In this document: piece after piece, positions 1 to 8,583 of the stretch | Layout of the letters: each line of letters opens with the position of its first letter | How positions within the stretch are numbered: position 1 is the stretch's first letter | Assembly (NCBI GenBank): GCA_009885995.1 | Contig: VFJQ01000050.1 | Location: 8,088 to 72,087 of the forward strand | Origin: Verrucomicrobiota bacterium | GTDB taxonomy: Bacteria; Verrucomicrobiota; Verrucomicrobiia; Chthoniobacterales; Chthoniobacteraceae | Direction: 5' to 3' | DNA length: 64,000 nt | Notes under the pieces: generated by a model | What the model was told of the DNA's origin: nothing | Database searches by the model: none | Seen by the model: the letters and a program-made list of their open reading frames with translations, nothing else | Translations under genes and position numbers: made by a program

Positions 1-602
1 CGCTGCCCGGCGGCGAGCTGCTGCCGATCATCATCCACACGGGCCAGGCGCCCACCCCCTTCGACGAAGCAGAACTCAACAGCCTCGGCAAATCGCTCAT
101 CATCAAGGACGCCCGCTCGCCCGAGCGTCTGCTCGATGAGACGGCGCTTTTCCTCCACCGCGTGCAGAGCCGGATGCCGGCCGCCAAGCGCGAACTGCTC
201 CACAAGGCCCACCTCAGCGACCCCGGGCTCGCCGGACGCACGGCGCTCGTCGTCGATGACGACGTGCGCAACGTCTTCGCCCTCACCGCCGCGCTCGAGC
301 GGCTCGAGATGCGCGTGCTGCCCGCGGAGAATGGCCTCGAAGCGCTCGCGCAACTCGAACGCAACCCCCACATCGACGTGGTGCTCATGGATGTGATGAT
401 GCCCGAGATGGACGGGCTCGAATGCACGCGCCGCATCCGTGCCGACGCGCGCTGGAAAAACCTGCCGGTCATCGCCGTTACCACGAAGGCGATGAAAGGC
501 AGCCGCGAGCAGTGCCTCGATGCCGGTGCGAGCGACTACATCGCCAAGCCCGTGGACATGGACCAACTCCGCTCCCTACTCCGCGTCTGGCTTTACCGCT
601 GA
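1..602 (+). CDS. C-terminal part of a multi-domain two-component protein with tandem receiver (REC) domains; the 5' end lies outside the window
   Basis: Frame 3 is open from nt 3 ([15 protein letters not shown]...[23 protein letters not shown], which looks like the tail of one REC). It runs into listed ORF 162..602, which has a complete CheY-like REC ([12 protein letters not shown]...[14 protein letters not shown]...[10 protein letters not shown]...DYIAKPVD). Stop at 600-602. Confidence 0.8.
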   Translation, partial: LPGGELLPIIIHTGQAPTPFDEAELNSLGKSLIIKDARSPERLLDETALFLHRVQSRMPAAKRELLHKAHLSDPGLAGRTALVVDDDVRNVFALTAALERLEMRVLPAENGLEALAQLERNPHIDVVLMDVMMPEMDGLECTRRIRADARWKNLPVIAVTTKAMKGSREQCLDAGASDYIAKPVDMDQLRSLLRVWLYR

Positions 603-621
603 GGCCGTGCGACGGTGCGCC

Positions 622-1494
622 ATGAAAGGCAGCGGTGCAGCCACCAGCCCGGCGCAGGAGCCCACACTCGCGCTCGAAAAACTCGAGCTGCGCCTGCTGC
701 TCGAAGCGATCCACGGCAGCACCGGCATCGACTTCCGCGGCTACTCGCCCGCCTCGCTCAAACGCCGCGTGCTCGCCCGCGTGAAGGCCGAGGAACTGCC
801 GAGCATCTCCGCGCTCCAGGCCCGCGCACTGCACGCACCCGAGTGCATGCAGCGGCTCATCGCCGGCATCACCGTCCATTACACCACGCTGTTTCGCGAC
901 CCCGGATTCTGGGTCGCATTCCGGGAGAAAGTGGTGCCGATCCTCGCTGGCGAGCGGTCGCTGCGGCTGTGGGTCGCGGGCTGTTCGAGCGGCGAGGAAG
1001 TCTATTCGCTGGCCATCGTCCTCGCCGAAGCGGGGCTCGTCGAACGCACGCGCATTTACGCCACCGACTTGAGCGAAAATCTCGTCGAGCAGGCGCGCGC
1101 CGGCGTGTTCCCGCTCCGGTTGATGAAGGAATACACCGCGAACTACCTCGCCGCGGGCGGCACGCGCAGCTTCTCGGATTACTACAGCGCCGATCACGAA
1201 GCCGCGATCCTGAGCGCGGCGCTGCGGCGGCGGATCGTCTTCGCACGGCACTGCCTCGCCACGGAGGGGTCGTTCAATGAGTTTCACGCCATCCTCTGCC
1301 GGAACGTGACGATCTACTTCGCCGCCGCGCTCCAGGCCCGCGTGCATGAGTTGCTCTTCGCCAGCCTCGCGCCCGCGGGCATCCTCGCGCTGGGTCGCGC
1401 GGAGGCGATGCGCGGGCTGGCGCACGAGGATGAGTTCGAGCCGCTCGACGTGCGCGAGCGCATCTTCCAGCGCAAGAGCGCCGCCACGGCATGA
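622..1494 (+). CDS. cheR: CheR-type protein-glutamate O-methyltransferase
   Basis: Internal ATG at 622, verified in the sequence, within ORF 520..1494. The N-terminal helical domain is [30 protein letters not shown], followed by [11 protein letters not shown] motif is [27 protein letters not shown] lies near the C-terminus. Confidence 0.9.
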   Translation: MKGSGAATSPAQEPTLALEKLELRLLLEAIHGSTGIDFRGYSPASLKRRVLARVKAEELPSISALQARALHAPECMQRLIAGITVHYTTLFRDPGFWVAFREKVVPILAGERSLRLWVAGCSSGEEVYSLAIVLAEAGLVERTRIYATDLSENLVEQARAGVFPLRLMKEYTANYLAAGGTRSFSDYYSADHEAAILSAALRRRIVFARHCLATEGSFNEFHAILCRNVTIYFAAALQARVHELLFASLAPAGILALGRAEAMRGLAHEDEFEPLDVRERIFQRKSAATA

Positions 1495-2072
1495 CGGTCC
1501 CGCTCGTCGTCATCGGCGCTTCGCTCGGCGGCCCCAGCGCGATCCGCACCGTGCTCGCGGGACTGCCCGCGGATTTCCCCTGGGCTATCGCGATCGTGCA
1601 GCACTGGCGCGCAGATCACGACGAACTCCTGCCCGACGCACTCACGCGCGGCTGCCCGCTGCCCGTGGCCGTGGTGTTCGACAAGGAGCCGATCCAGCCC
1701 GGCCATGTCCACCTCGCGCGGCCCGACTACCACCTGCTCGTCGAGGACGGCCACTTCGCGCTCTCGCTGGATGCGCCCGTGAACTACGCGCGCCCATCAA
1801 TCGATCTCTGCTTTGAAAGCGCCGCCGAAGCGCTCGGCCCCGCCGTCACCGGCATCGTGCTCACCGGCGCCAACGACGACGGCGCGCGCGGCCTGGCGCG
1901 GATCAAGGCGCTCGGCGGCCGCGCGCTCGTGCAGGATCCCTCCGGTGCCGAGTGCCCCACGATGCCGCAGGCCGCGCTCGCCGCCACCGCGCCCGATGCG
2001 GTGCTGCGGCTCGCTGAAATTGCCCCTTGGCTCACTCGCGCTGCCGGGCCGACACTGCGTCCATCCCCATGA
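1491..2072 (+). CDS. cheB: CheB-type protein-glutamate methylesterase, catalytic domain only (no REC domain)
   Basis: Starts directly with VVIGASLGGP (active-site Ser motif), then IVQHW (His) and LTGANDDGA (Asp). The ATGA overlap with the cheR stop at 1491-1494 indicates translational coupling. Confidence 0.88.
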   Translation: MTVPLVVIGASLGGPSAIRTVLAGLPADFPWAIAIVQHWRADHDELLPDALTRGCPLPVAVVFDKEPIQPGHVHLARPDYHLLVEDGHFALSLDAPVNYARPSIDLCFESAAEALGPAVTGIVLTGANDDGARGLARIKALGGRALVQDPSGAECPTMPQAALAATAPDAVLRLAEIAPWLTRAAGPTLRPSP

Positions 2073-3349
2073 ATGCGAATCCTGAACCCGCCACCGAAGC
2101 ACAATCGGTGAAGCTCCTGCTCGTGGACGACCGCGAGCAAAACCTCGCGCTGCTCAAGGCCATGCTCAGCCCGCTCGGCCACCCGATGGTGACGGCGGAG
2201 TCCGGTCCCGAGGCGCTCCGGCATTTGCTGCGCGAAGAGTTCGCGCTCGTGCTGCTCGACGTGAACATGCCCGGCATGAACGGCTTCGAGGTCGCCACAC
2301 TCATCCGCGAGCGCGAGCAGACGCGCTTCACGCCGATCATCTTCGTGACCGCCAACGACGCCGACATCCAGATGATCGCGCAGAGCTACCAATCCGGCGG
2401 CGTCGATTACCTCACCAAGCCTCTCGACGTCCACATCCTGCGCGCAAAGGTCAGCGTCTTCATCGAACTGGCGAAGGCGCGCCAGCGGCTCCAGGCCGAG
2501 ATCGCCGAGCGCGAGCGCGCCTACGCGGCGCTTCGCGCCAGCCGCGAGGAGCTGCGCAAGAAAAACGAGGAGATGGAGGAAGACCTGCGCATGGCGCGCG
2601 AAGTCCAGCAGGCCATGCTCGCGCACGAATACCCCGCCTTCCCCGCCGGCGTGCCGCAGGAGCAGAGCCACCTGCGCTTCTGCCACCGCTACCTCTCGAT
2701 GAATGAGGTCGGCGGCGACTTCTTCAACATCCTCTCCCTTTCGAATACGCAGGCGCTCATCTTCATCGCCGACGTGATGGGTCACGGCGTCCGCTCCGCG
2801 CTGGTGACCGCGATGCTGCGCGCGATGCTCGAGGAGTTGAAAGGCCTCGAGCCCGACCCCGGCCGGCTGCTCACGCAGATGAACCAGCACCTCCAGGCCA
2901 TTCTCCAGCGCACGAATGACCCGGTCTTCACCACCGCCTTCTGCCTCGTCGCCGACCTCGGCGCGCGTGAGTTCCGCCACGCCAGCGCGGGGCATCCAAA
3001 GCCCTTTATCCTGCGCCGTCAGAACAACTCACTCGAGATCCTCTCATGCAGCGCCGGCCGCTGCGGCCCGGCGCTCGGCGTCTTCAGCGGAGCGAAATAC
3101 GAGACCACCACGCAGCCGCTCGCCGATCGCGACGTGGTGCTGCTTTTCACCGACGGGATCTTCGAGGCTGAGGGCGCGGATGGCGACGAGTTCGGCCACG
3201 AACGCCTCGTCGCCGCCGCACGCAAACGGCTCCACGAGCCCGTGGAAACCATGCTCGATGGTCTGCTCGCCGATGTGCGCGAGTTTGCCGGCGCAAACGG
3301 CTTCAGCGACGACGTCTGCCTGCTCGGCGCCGAGGTCGCCGCGCGCTAA
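2069..3349 (+). CDS. Response regulator with a C-terminal PP2C/SpoIIE-type phosphatase domain (RsbU-like)
   Basis: ATG at 2069 forms an ATGA overlap with the cheB stop. REC motifs are LLLVDDREQN...LVLLDVNMPGMNG...IIFVTAN...DYLTKPLD. A coiled-coil linker follows, then the PP2C motifs GGDFF, IADVMGHGVRSA and LLFTDGIFEA. Confidence 0.9.
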   Translation: MNANPEPATEAQSVKLLLVDDREQNLALLKAMLSPLGHPMVTAESGPEALRHLLREEFALVLLDVNMPGMNGFEVATLIREREQTRFTPIIFVTANDADIQMIAQSYQSGGVDYLTKPLDVHILRAKVSVFIELAKARQRLQAEIAERERAYAALRASREELRKKNEEMEEDLRMAREVQQAMLAHEYPAFPAGVPQEQSHLRFCHRYLSMNEVGGDFFNILSLSNTQALIFIADVMGHGVRSALVTAMLRAMLEELKGLEPDPGRLLTQMNQHLQAILQRTNDPVFTTAFCLVADLGAREFRHASAGHPKPFILRRQNNSLEILSCSAGRCGPALGVFSGAKYETTTQPLADRDVVLLFTDGIFEAEGADGDEFGHERLVAAARKRLHEPVETMLDGLLADVREFAGANGFSDDVCLLGAEVAAR

Positions 3350-4500
3350 TCCCCGAGCCGCTGGCGTATGCGGGCGAGCTGGTCGGCCATGCGACCGCCG
3401 CCATTCGTCGAAGCCGGCGCGCCGTCCGGCTTCACGATCGTCTTCCGCGCGCCGCCGCTGCCGCCGTAACTCGTGGCGGCGGAGGTGATCTGCATGTCGT
3501 CGGCCAGCGGACGGTGCGGATGGATGCCGAGCGATTGCAGCACGCCGTGGTAAGCCTTCACCGCTTCCTCGGGCGTGATCGCGCCTTCCACGATGCGGCG
3601 CAGAAACTCGATGAACGCGAGCGGCTGCTCGGCGTTGTTGATCTTGCGGCCAAAGAGCGCCACCCGCGCGCCGTGCTTCTGCGCGTCGGCGATCAGCCTG
3701 AACGCATCGTAGGTCGTCCCCGCGCTGCCGCCGAGGATGCCGACGATCATCTGCGGATCGTAGGCGACGAGTTCCTCCATCGCCCGCGGGCCGCGCCAAG
3801 CGATCTTGAGGAAAAGCGGGCGGCCCTTCGCCGTCACGCCCGCGAGGCTGCGGATGATGTGATCGTTGATGAACCCATCGAGCATCTCGGGCGTGATGCC
3901 CGTGTCCACGTTCGGATCGAAGACTTCGAGGAAGTAGCGGAAGTTCTTCCGCTCAGCCTCCTCGCGGAACTCCTTGAACTCCCGCAGCGTCTCGTAATCG
4001 CGCTGCAGATCGTTCGTGAACGTCACCGAATAAAGTCCGAGGTCCGCGCCGATCATCGGCGCATCGGGCGCGGCATCGATCTCGCCATGCTTGATGTGGT
4101 CGAGCGTCGCGCTGCGGAAGGGCCGCGACGGCTCTTTGATGTAGCTCGCTCCGCGGATGACCCAGATGTCCGTCGCATCGTTCGCGCGCGCCGCCGGCGT
4201 GATGTGCGACTTCTCGAAGAGCCGCTCCCGCATCGCGAGCTGCTCCACATTCGATGCGGACATGAGCATGATATCGACGAGCCCCTGCCGCACCACCGCG
4301 CGGATCTGCTCGCGGTATTCCTCGAGCGACTTCCAGTGGATCTCCGACTTGAGCACGCGCTCCGGGTTCATCGGCCGCTTGTGCCCCGGCGCGGTGATGC
4401 CGAAGGCCATGTCCGCATCCTTCGCATCGGCGATGATGAACGCCTTGCTTCCGGACGGGTTTTTGAGGATGTCGGCGATCTTGGAGTCGAGGGATTTCAT
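3346..4500 (-). CDS. Conserved hypothetical protein, possibly a TIM-barrel class I aldolase-like (DhnA/LacD-like) protein; function uncertain
   Basis: ATG at 4500 (MKSLDSKIADIL) chosen inside ORF 3346..4545. The product is non-repetitive and globular-looking. GILGGSAGTTYDAF...GARVALFGRKINNAEQP resembles the phosphate-binding end of aldolase-type barrels. The functional call is weak. Confidence 0.7.
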   Translation of the reverse strand: MKSLDSKIADILKNPSGSKAFIIADAKDADMAFGITAPGHKRPMNPERVLKSEIHWKSLEEYREQIRAVVRQGLVDIMLMSASNVEQLAMRERLFEKSHITPAARANDATDIWVIRGASYIKEPSRPFRSATLDHIKHGEIDAAPDAPMIGADLGLYSVTFTNDLQRDYETLREFKEFREEAERKNFRYFLEVFDPNVDTGITPEMLDGFINDHIIRSLAGVTAKGRPLFLKIAWRGPRAMEELVAYDPQMIVGILGGSAGTTYDAFRLIADAQKHGARVALFGRKINNAEQPLAFIEFLRRIVEGAITPEEAVKAYHGVLQSLGIHPHRPLADDMQITSAATSYGGSGGARKTIVKPDGAPASTNGGGRMADQLARIRQRLGD

Positions 4501-4557
4501 CGGTGTGAAGAGCGCGACGTTGGCAGAGCCGCACGCACACGGCAAGGGGGCGCGGGA

Positions 4558-5253
4558 TTACTCCCCGGCAGGCGGCTTGAACAAAAACCGGGCGTAGAGG
4601 TAGGCGATGAATTCGCTCGTCACTGCGCGGAAGCCGGCGCTGGTCGTCCACCAGCGGGTGCGGTCGAAGCCGCGGTCGTCGAGGGCGATCATGCCGACGC
4701 GCGTGCCGGGGCCGAACGCCTTTTCGTAGAGCAGGCGGCTGCGGCGCGAGTGCATGCCGCTGGTCATCACGTTGATCGCGGTGAGCGGTTCGCCGCGCTC
4801 GCGCAGCGCCGTCTTCAAGGCGAGCGCGGTCGAGTAGGTGCGGTCCCTCGCGACAGCTGGCGCGGGGATGGCGTGCAGCGTAGCGGGATCGGCGCCCAGC
4901 CGCTGGAACACATCGGCGGTGAGCCCAGCGTAGCTGCCGTAGGAAGCGAGCGGGCTCTCGGGTTCGATCGGCCCGCCGGTGACATAGAGACCGGTGTAAG
5001 GTCCGCTGCGGAACTCCGCGAGGGCTTCGCGCACATCGCTGGGGGAGATCCACCCCTCCACCACGAGGATGCTGCTCGTCACCCGATCGTGGATGATGAG
5101 GAAGCTGCCCATGAAGCGCACCGCGATGGCGGCGATGCCGCCGATGACGAGCACGAGCGCAAGCCAACCGCGCCACGTGGGGACGAGGCAGACGCGCCGC
5201 CGGAGCAGCCCGGCGGCGATGGGGCGGGGCGGAAGGGCGGCACTGTCGGGCAT
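4558..5253 (-). CDS. DUF218 / YdcF (ElyC/SanA-like) family envelope protein
   Basis: An N-terminal TM segment (WLALVLVIGGIAAIAV) is followed by ILVVEGW...LYVTGG...RDRTYSTALALK...INVMTSGMHSRRSRLLYEKAF, the typical DUF218 core. Confidence 0.8.
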   Translation of the reverse strand: MPDSAALPPRPIAAGLLRRRVCLVPTWRGWLALVLVIGGIAAIAVRFMGSFLIIHDRVTSSILVVEGWISPSDVREALAEFRSGPYTGLYVTGGPIEPESPLASYGSYAGLTADVFQRLGADPATLHAIPAPAVARDRTYSTALALKTALRERGEPLTAINVMTSGMHSRRSRLLYEKAFGPGTRVGMIALDDRGFDRTRWWTTSAGFRAVTSEFIAYLYARFLFKPPAGE

Positions 5254-5343
5254 GGTGAGAGGTTGTGACAGGTCGGCGGGCCGATGTCCAAAGTCCGCTT
5301 CGGGATTGCATCCGCGCGCACCGGCTGGCTAGCGTCCGTGCCC

Positions 5344-5841
5344 ATGAATCGCTCCGCTTTCCTCGCCGCCCTCGTCGTCCTCTCCTTCACCAGTTGCACG
5401 AACAAAAAGGGCGCAGGCGCGAGTGCGGGCGCGGATGGCGATTTCGTCTCTGGCACACCGCTGCCGGACCGGCAGGAGGGCGTGTCCTTCCTCGGCAGCA
5501 ACGTGGACCGGAACAAGTTCGCGCCGGTGTATTTCGGCTTCGACAATCACGATGTGGCGGCGAGCGAACGCGGGAAGATCGAGCAGATCGCGGCGTTCAT
5601 GCGCGAAGGCGGGAATACGGTCATCGTCGCCGGCTTCACCGACGAACGCGGCACGCCGGAATACAACCGCGGCCTCGGCGAACGACGCGCGCTGGCGGTG
5701 CGCGAGGCGATCATCCGCGCGGGCGGCGATGGCGGGAAGCTGCAGACGGTCAGCTTCGGCGCGGAGATGCCGGCGGCGGAGGGCGGCAGCGAGGCGGCTT
5801 TCGCGAAGAACCGCCGCGCGGAATTTGGCATCGTTCGCTAA
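5344..5841 (+). CDS. pal: OmpA-family peptidoglycan-associated lipoprotein (Pal-like)
   Basis: ATG at 5344. The signal peptide has a relaxed lipobox (LVVLSFTSC). OmpA_C motifs are VYFGFDNHDV...VIVAGFTDERGTPEYNRGLGERRALAVREA...NRRAEFGIVR. Confidence 0.88.
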   Translation: MNRSAFLAALVVLSFTSCTNKKGAGASAGADGDFVSGTPLPDRQEGVSFLGSNVDRNKFAPVYFGFDNHDVAASERGKIEQIAAFMREGGNTVIVAGFTDERGTPEYNRGLGERRALAVREAIIRAGGDGGKLQTVSFGAEMPAAEGGSEAAFAKNRRAEFGIVR

Positions 5842-5895
5842 CGCAGATTTCATACTTCCCCACTCCAAAAACACTCGCTACCAACCTTCCCTGCC

Positions 5896-8583
5896 ATGCC
5901 CGACAACGATCTGCGCCGCGACAAAATCGAGGGTGGATACACCCTCAGCTACGAAAAGCTCACGGAGCTGTTTCCCGAGGCCAAGGCCGTGCCTCAGATT
6001 CAGTATGACATGAAGTGCGCCAACGCCGTCGTGCTCAAGCGATACGCGCCGGGCGACATCCTCTGCGAGGAAGGCGAATTCGGCAGCACGGCTTACTACC
6101 TCGTGAAGGGGAAGGTGAACGTCTTTATCAGCTCGCGCGCCGGTTCGGGCGGCGGCGAAGGGCCCGGTTTTTTCGCACGCATCTTCGGCGGAGCGAAGGT
6201 CGGCGCCCGGCCCGGTGTGCAGTCGATGCTGCGCAAATTCATCTCGACCGACTCGGGCGATCTTTCGCTCGATAATCCGATCGCCGCGCTCGGCTCCGGC
6301 GAGCTTTTCGGAGAAATGACGTGCCGCAATTTCCAGCCGCGCTCGGCGACCATCCAGGCCACCGAGGAGTGCGAGGCGATCGAGATGCTGCGCGTCTTCC
6401 TCGACCTGCTGCTCGGCCAGACGGATCGTGAGCCCGAGGCGGAATTTGGCCGCACCCCCGCGCATCCGCCGGCGCCGAAGGACGAATCACCCGCACCGCT
6501 CGGCCCGGATGGGAAGCCGCTGCCGCTGCCCGCGGGCGAGAAGCCGCACAAACGCCGCGAGGCCAAGGACAAGAAACCCGGCACCGTGTGGAAGACCGGC
6601 TGGTGGCATTGGGACGCGGACAAGAGTCTATTCCAATGGCGCGACGGCGGCTGGGAAGTGCCGCCCGCCAATCATTTCTGGCTCGGCGGCTCGTGGCTGC
6701 GGCGCGACCAGGAGTGGATCGAAGTCGAAGGTCGCTGGCAGCCCTTCATCCTCGCGACTCCGCCGCCGGAGCCGAAGGTCGAAGAGGCGCCCGCCGCACC
6801 GAGCGCCGAGCATTACTGGCGGCCCGGCGAGTGGGTGTGGCAGGCGATCGATCCGATGCAGACGGGCTCGCTCGACAATTTCAAATGGCAGCCCGGACGG
6901 TGGGAAAAGCCGAAGGCGAAAGGCGCCGCGTGGGTGCCGGCGGAGTGGGAGGTCATCGGGGAAAACGACGGCTACCGCTACGCGCCGGGGCGCGAGGTTT
7001 CGCCCTTCCAGGTGCGGATGAACGAGACGTATCGCAGTCGCTCGCTCACGAGCCACCTCAAGAGCGTCGAGCTTTTCTCAAAGGTCGAGCCCACCGCGCT
7101 CGATGAATTGGTGAAGCGCGCGACTTTCAAAAGCTGCTTCCCCGGCGAGCGCATCTGCGAGCAGGGCGATCCCGCGGAGCAATTCTATCTCATCCGCTCC
7201 GGCATGGTGAAGGTCGTGAGTGGCTTTCCGCACCTCGTGAAGTCGCGCACCGAGACGCAAAAGCACGCGCGCCGCACAATCATGGAGGCCGCAAAGGTCG
7301 ATTTCCGCCTCGTGCAGTCTGCCGACGAAAACGAATTCGCCTCCATCGTCGGACAGAAAACCGACGCCGAACGCAACTCCGCCGACGCGCAAGTGCGGCT
7401 GCGCCAGGCTGCGGACGAGGAAGCCACGAGCGTCTCGACCTATCTGCGCCGCGGCGATTACTTCGGCGAGATGGGTCTCGTCGGCGGCGCGTTCCCCGAG
7501 TTCGAAGAGCTGAAAAAACGGCGCCGCACCGCGACCTGCCTTGCGCTGGATCGCGTCGAGCTCGTCGTCATCTCACGCGAAGACTTCCTCGGCCTGCTGC
7601 AAACGAGCGTCGCCTTCCGCGACGAAATCCACCGCACCGTGCAGGCCCGCCTCAGCAAGCAGCGCCTGCAGAAAGCCGTGATGACCGGCGTCGCGACCAG
7701 CTTCTTCGAGGAGAAACTTTTCCAGGCGCAGAACCTCCTCGTCATCGACCTCGATCGCTGCACGCGCTGCGACCAGTGCGTGCGCGCCTGTGCCGATGCG
7801 CACGACGGCGAATCCATGCTGCACCCGGTGACGAAGCTCGTGCGCGACGGACGCCGCTTCGAAAACTACCTCGTCACCTCCGCGTGCCGCTCGTGCTTCG
7901 ACCCGCTGTGCATGACGCGCTGCCCCGTCAGCTCCATCCGGCGCAAGGAGAACCTCGAGATCATCATCGAGGACTGGTGCATCGGCTGCCGCGCGTGCTT
8001 CGACGATTGCCCGTTCGGCAACATCAACATGATCGACCAGTTCGAGATCAGCCCGTCGAACGTCGAACTCACCCTCAACGGCCCGCCCGCCGAGATGACC
8101 CTGAGCGGCGTCCGCATGGACCGCGTGAAGGAAGTCATCGTCTCGGTAAAAGGCGCCAAGGGCAGCGAGCGAGCGCCGGGCATCGATGCGGCGCTCGGCG
8201 GCGGCAAGGGCGAGCGAAAGATCGTTGTGCGTGCCTTCGGCGGCGAAGTGCCCGACCCGAAGGCGAAAATCGTGCTCATGCTTAAGCTCAAGGACGGATC
8301 GATCCTCGATTTCCCGAGCGGCAGCGGCGGCATCAAAGTCAAAGCCGCCGGCGAGAAAACGGAGATCAAAGCCGGCAGCAAAGCCGTGAAAGTGAAGGCC
8401 AGCACATGCGATCTCTGCACCGGGCTCGACATGCCGAGCTGCGTCTATGCCTGCCCGCACGATGCCGCGATGCGCGTCTTCCCCGCGGAGTTCTTCGCCA
8501 ACGGCGCGCCCTTCGACGTCTTGCGCCAGGGCCCGCAGCCCGGCGACATCGACCGCCGCACCACGCACATCAAGCTGCGCTAA
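5896..8583 (+). CDS. Multi-domain protein with two cyclic-nucleotide-binding domains, a Trp-rich WxxGxW-like repeat region and a 4Fe-4S dicluster ferredoxin-type C-terminal module
   Basis: cNMP domain 1 is GDILCEEGEFGSTAYYLVKGKV...GELFGEMTC...RSATIQA. cNMP domain 2 is GERICEQGDPAEQFYLIRSGMVKV...GDYFGEMGL...RTATCLA. Trp repeats include WKTGWWHWD, FQWRDGGWEV, HYWRPGEWVW, FKWQPGRWE and AAWVPAEWEV. Cys clusters are CTRCDQCVRAC, CRSCFDPLCMTRCP, CIGCRACFDDCP and CDLCTGLDMPSCVYACP. Confidence 0.88.
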   Translation: MPDNDLRRDKIEGGYTLSYEKLTELFPEAKAVPQIQYDMKCANAVVLKRYAPGDILCEEGEFGSTAYYLVKGKVNVFISSRAGSGGGEGPGFFARIFGGAKVGARPGVQSMLRKFISTDSGDLSLDNPIAALGSGELFGEMTCRNFQPRSATIQATEECEAIEMLRVFLDLLLGQTDREPEAEFGRTPAHPPAPKDESPAPLGPDGKPLPLPAGEKPHKRREAKDKKPGTVWKTGWWHWDADKSLFQWRDGGWEVPPANHFWLGGSWLRRDQEWIEVEGRWQPFILATPPPEPKVEEAPAAPSAEHYWRPGEWVWQAIDPMQTGSLDNFKWQPGRWEKPKAKGAAWVPAEWEVIGENDGYRYAPGREVSPFQVRMNETYRSRSLTSHLKSVELFSKVEPTALDELVKRATFKSCFPGERICEQGDPAEQFYLIRSGMVKVVSGFPHLVKSRTETQKHARRTIMEAAKVDFRLVQSADENEFASIVGQKTDAERNSADAQVRLRQAADEEATSVSTYLRRGDYFGEMGLVGGAFPEFEELKKRRRTATCLALDRVELVVISREDFLGLLQTSVAFRDEIHRTVQARLSKQRLQKAVMTGVATSFFEEKLFQAQNLLVIDLDRCTRCDQCVRACADAHDGESMLHPVTKLVRDGRRFENYLVTSACRSCFDPLCMTRCPVSSIRRKENLEIIIEDWCIGCRACFDDCPFGNINMIDQFEISPSNVELTLNGPPAEMTLSGVRMDRVKEVIVSVKGAKGSERAPGIDAALGGGKGERKIVVRAFGGEVPDPKAKIVLMLKLKDGSILDFPSGSGGIKVKAAGEKTEIKAGSKAVKVKASTCDLCTGLDMPSCVYACPHDAAMRVFPAEFFANGAPFDVLRQGPQPGDIDRRTTHIKLR

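Noticed and set aside
1784-2995. 403-aa minus-strand ORF.
   Set aside because: It is antisense to cheB and the REC-PP2C gene, whose frames carry canonical motifs and ATGA coupling.
3514-5268. 584-aa plus-strand ORF and 452-aa minus-strand ORF (3953..5311) overlapping the aldolase-like and YdcF genes.
   Set aside because: Both are alternative-frame or antisense shadows of genes whose chosen frames give globular, motif-bearing proteins. The shadow translations are Arg/Asp/His-rich runs.
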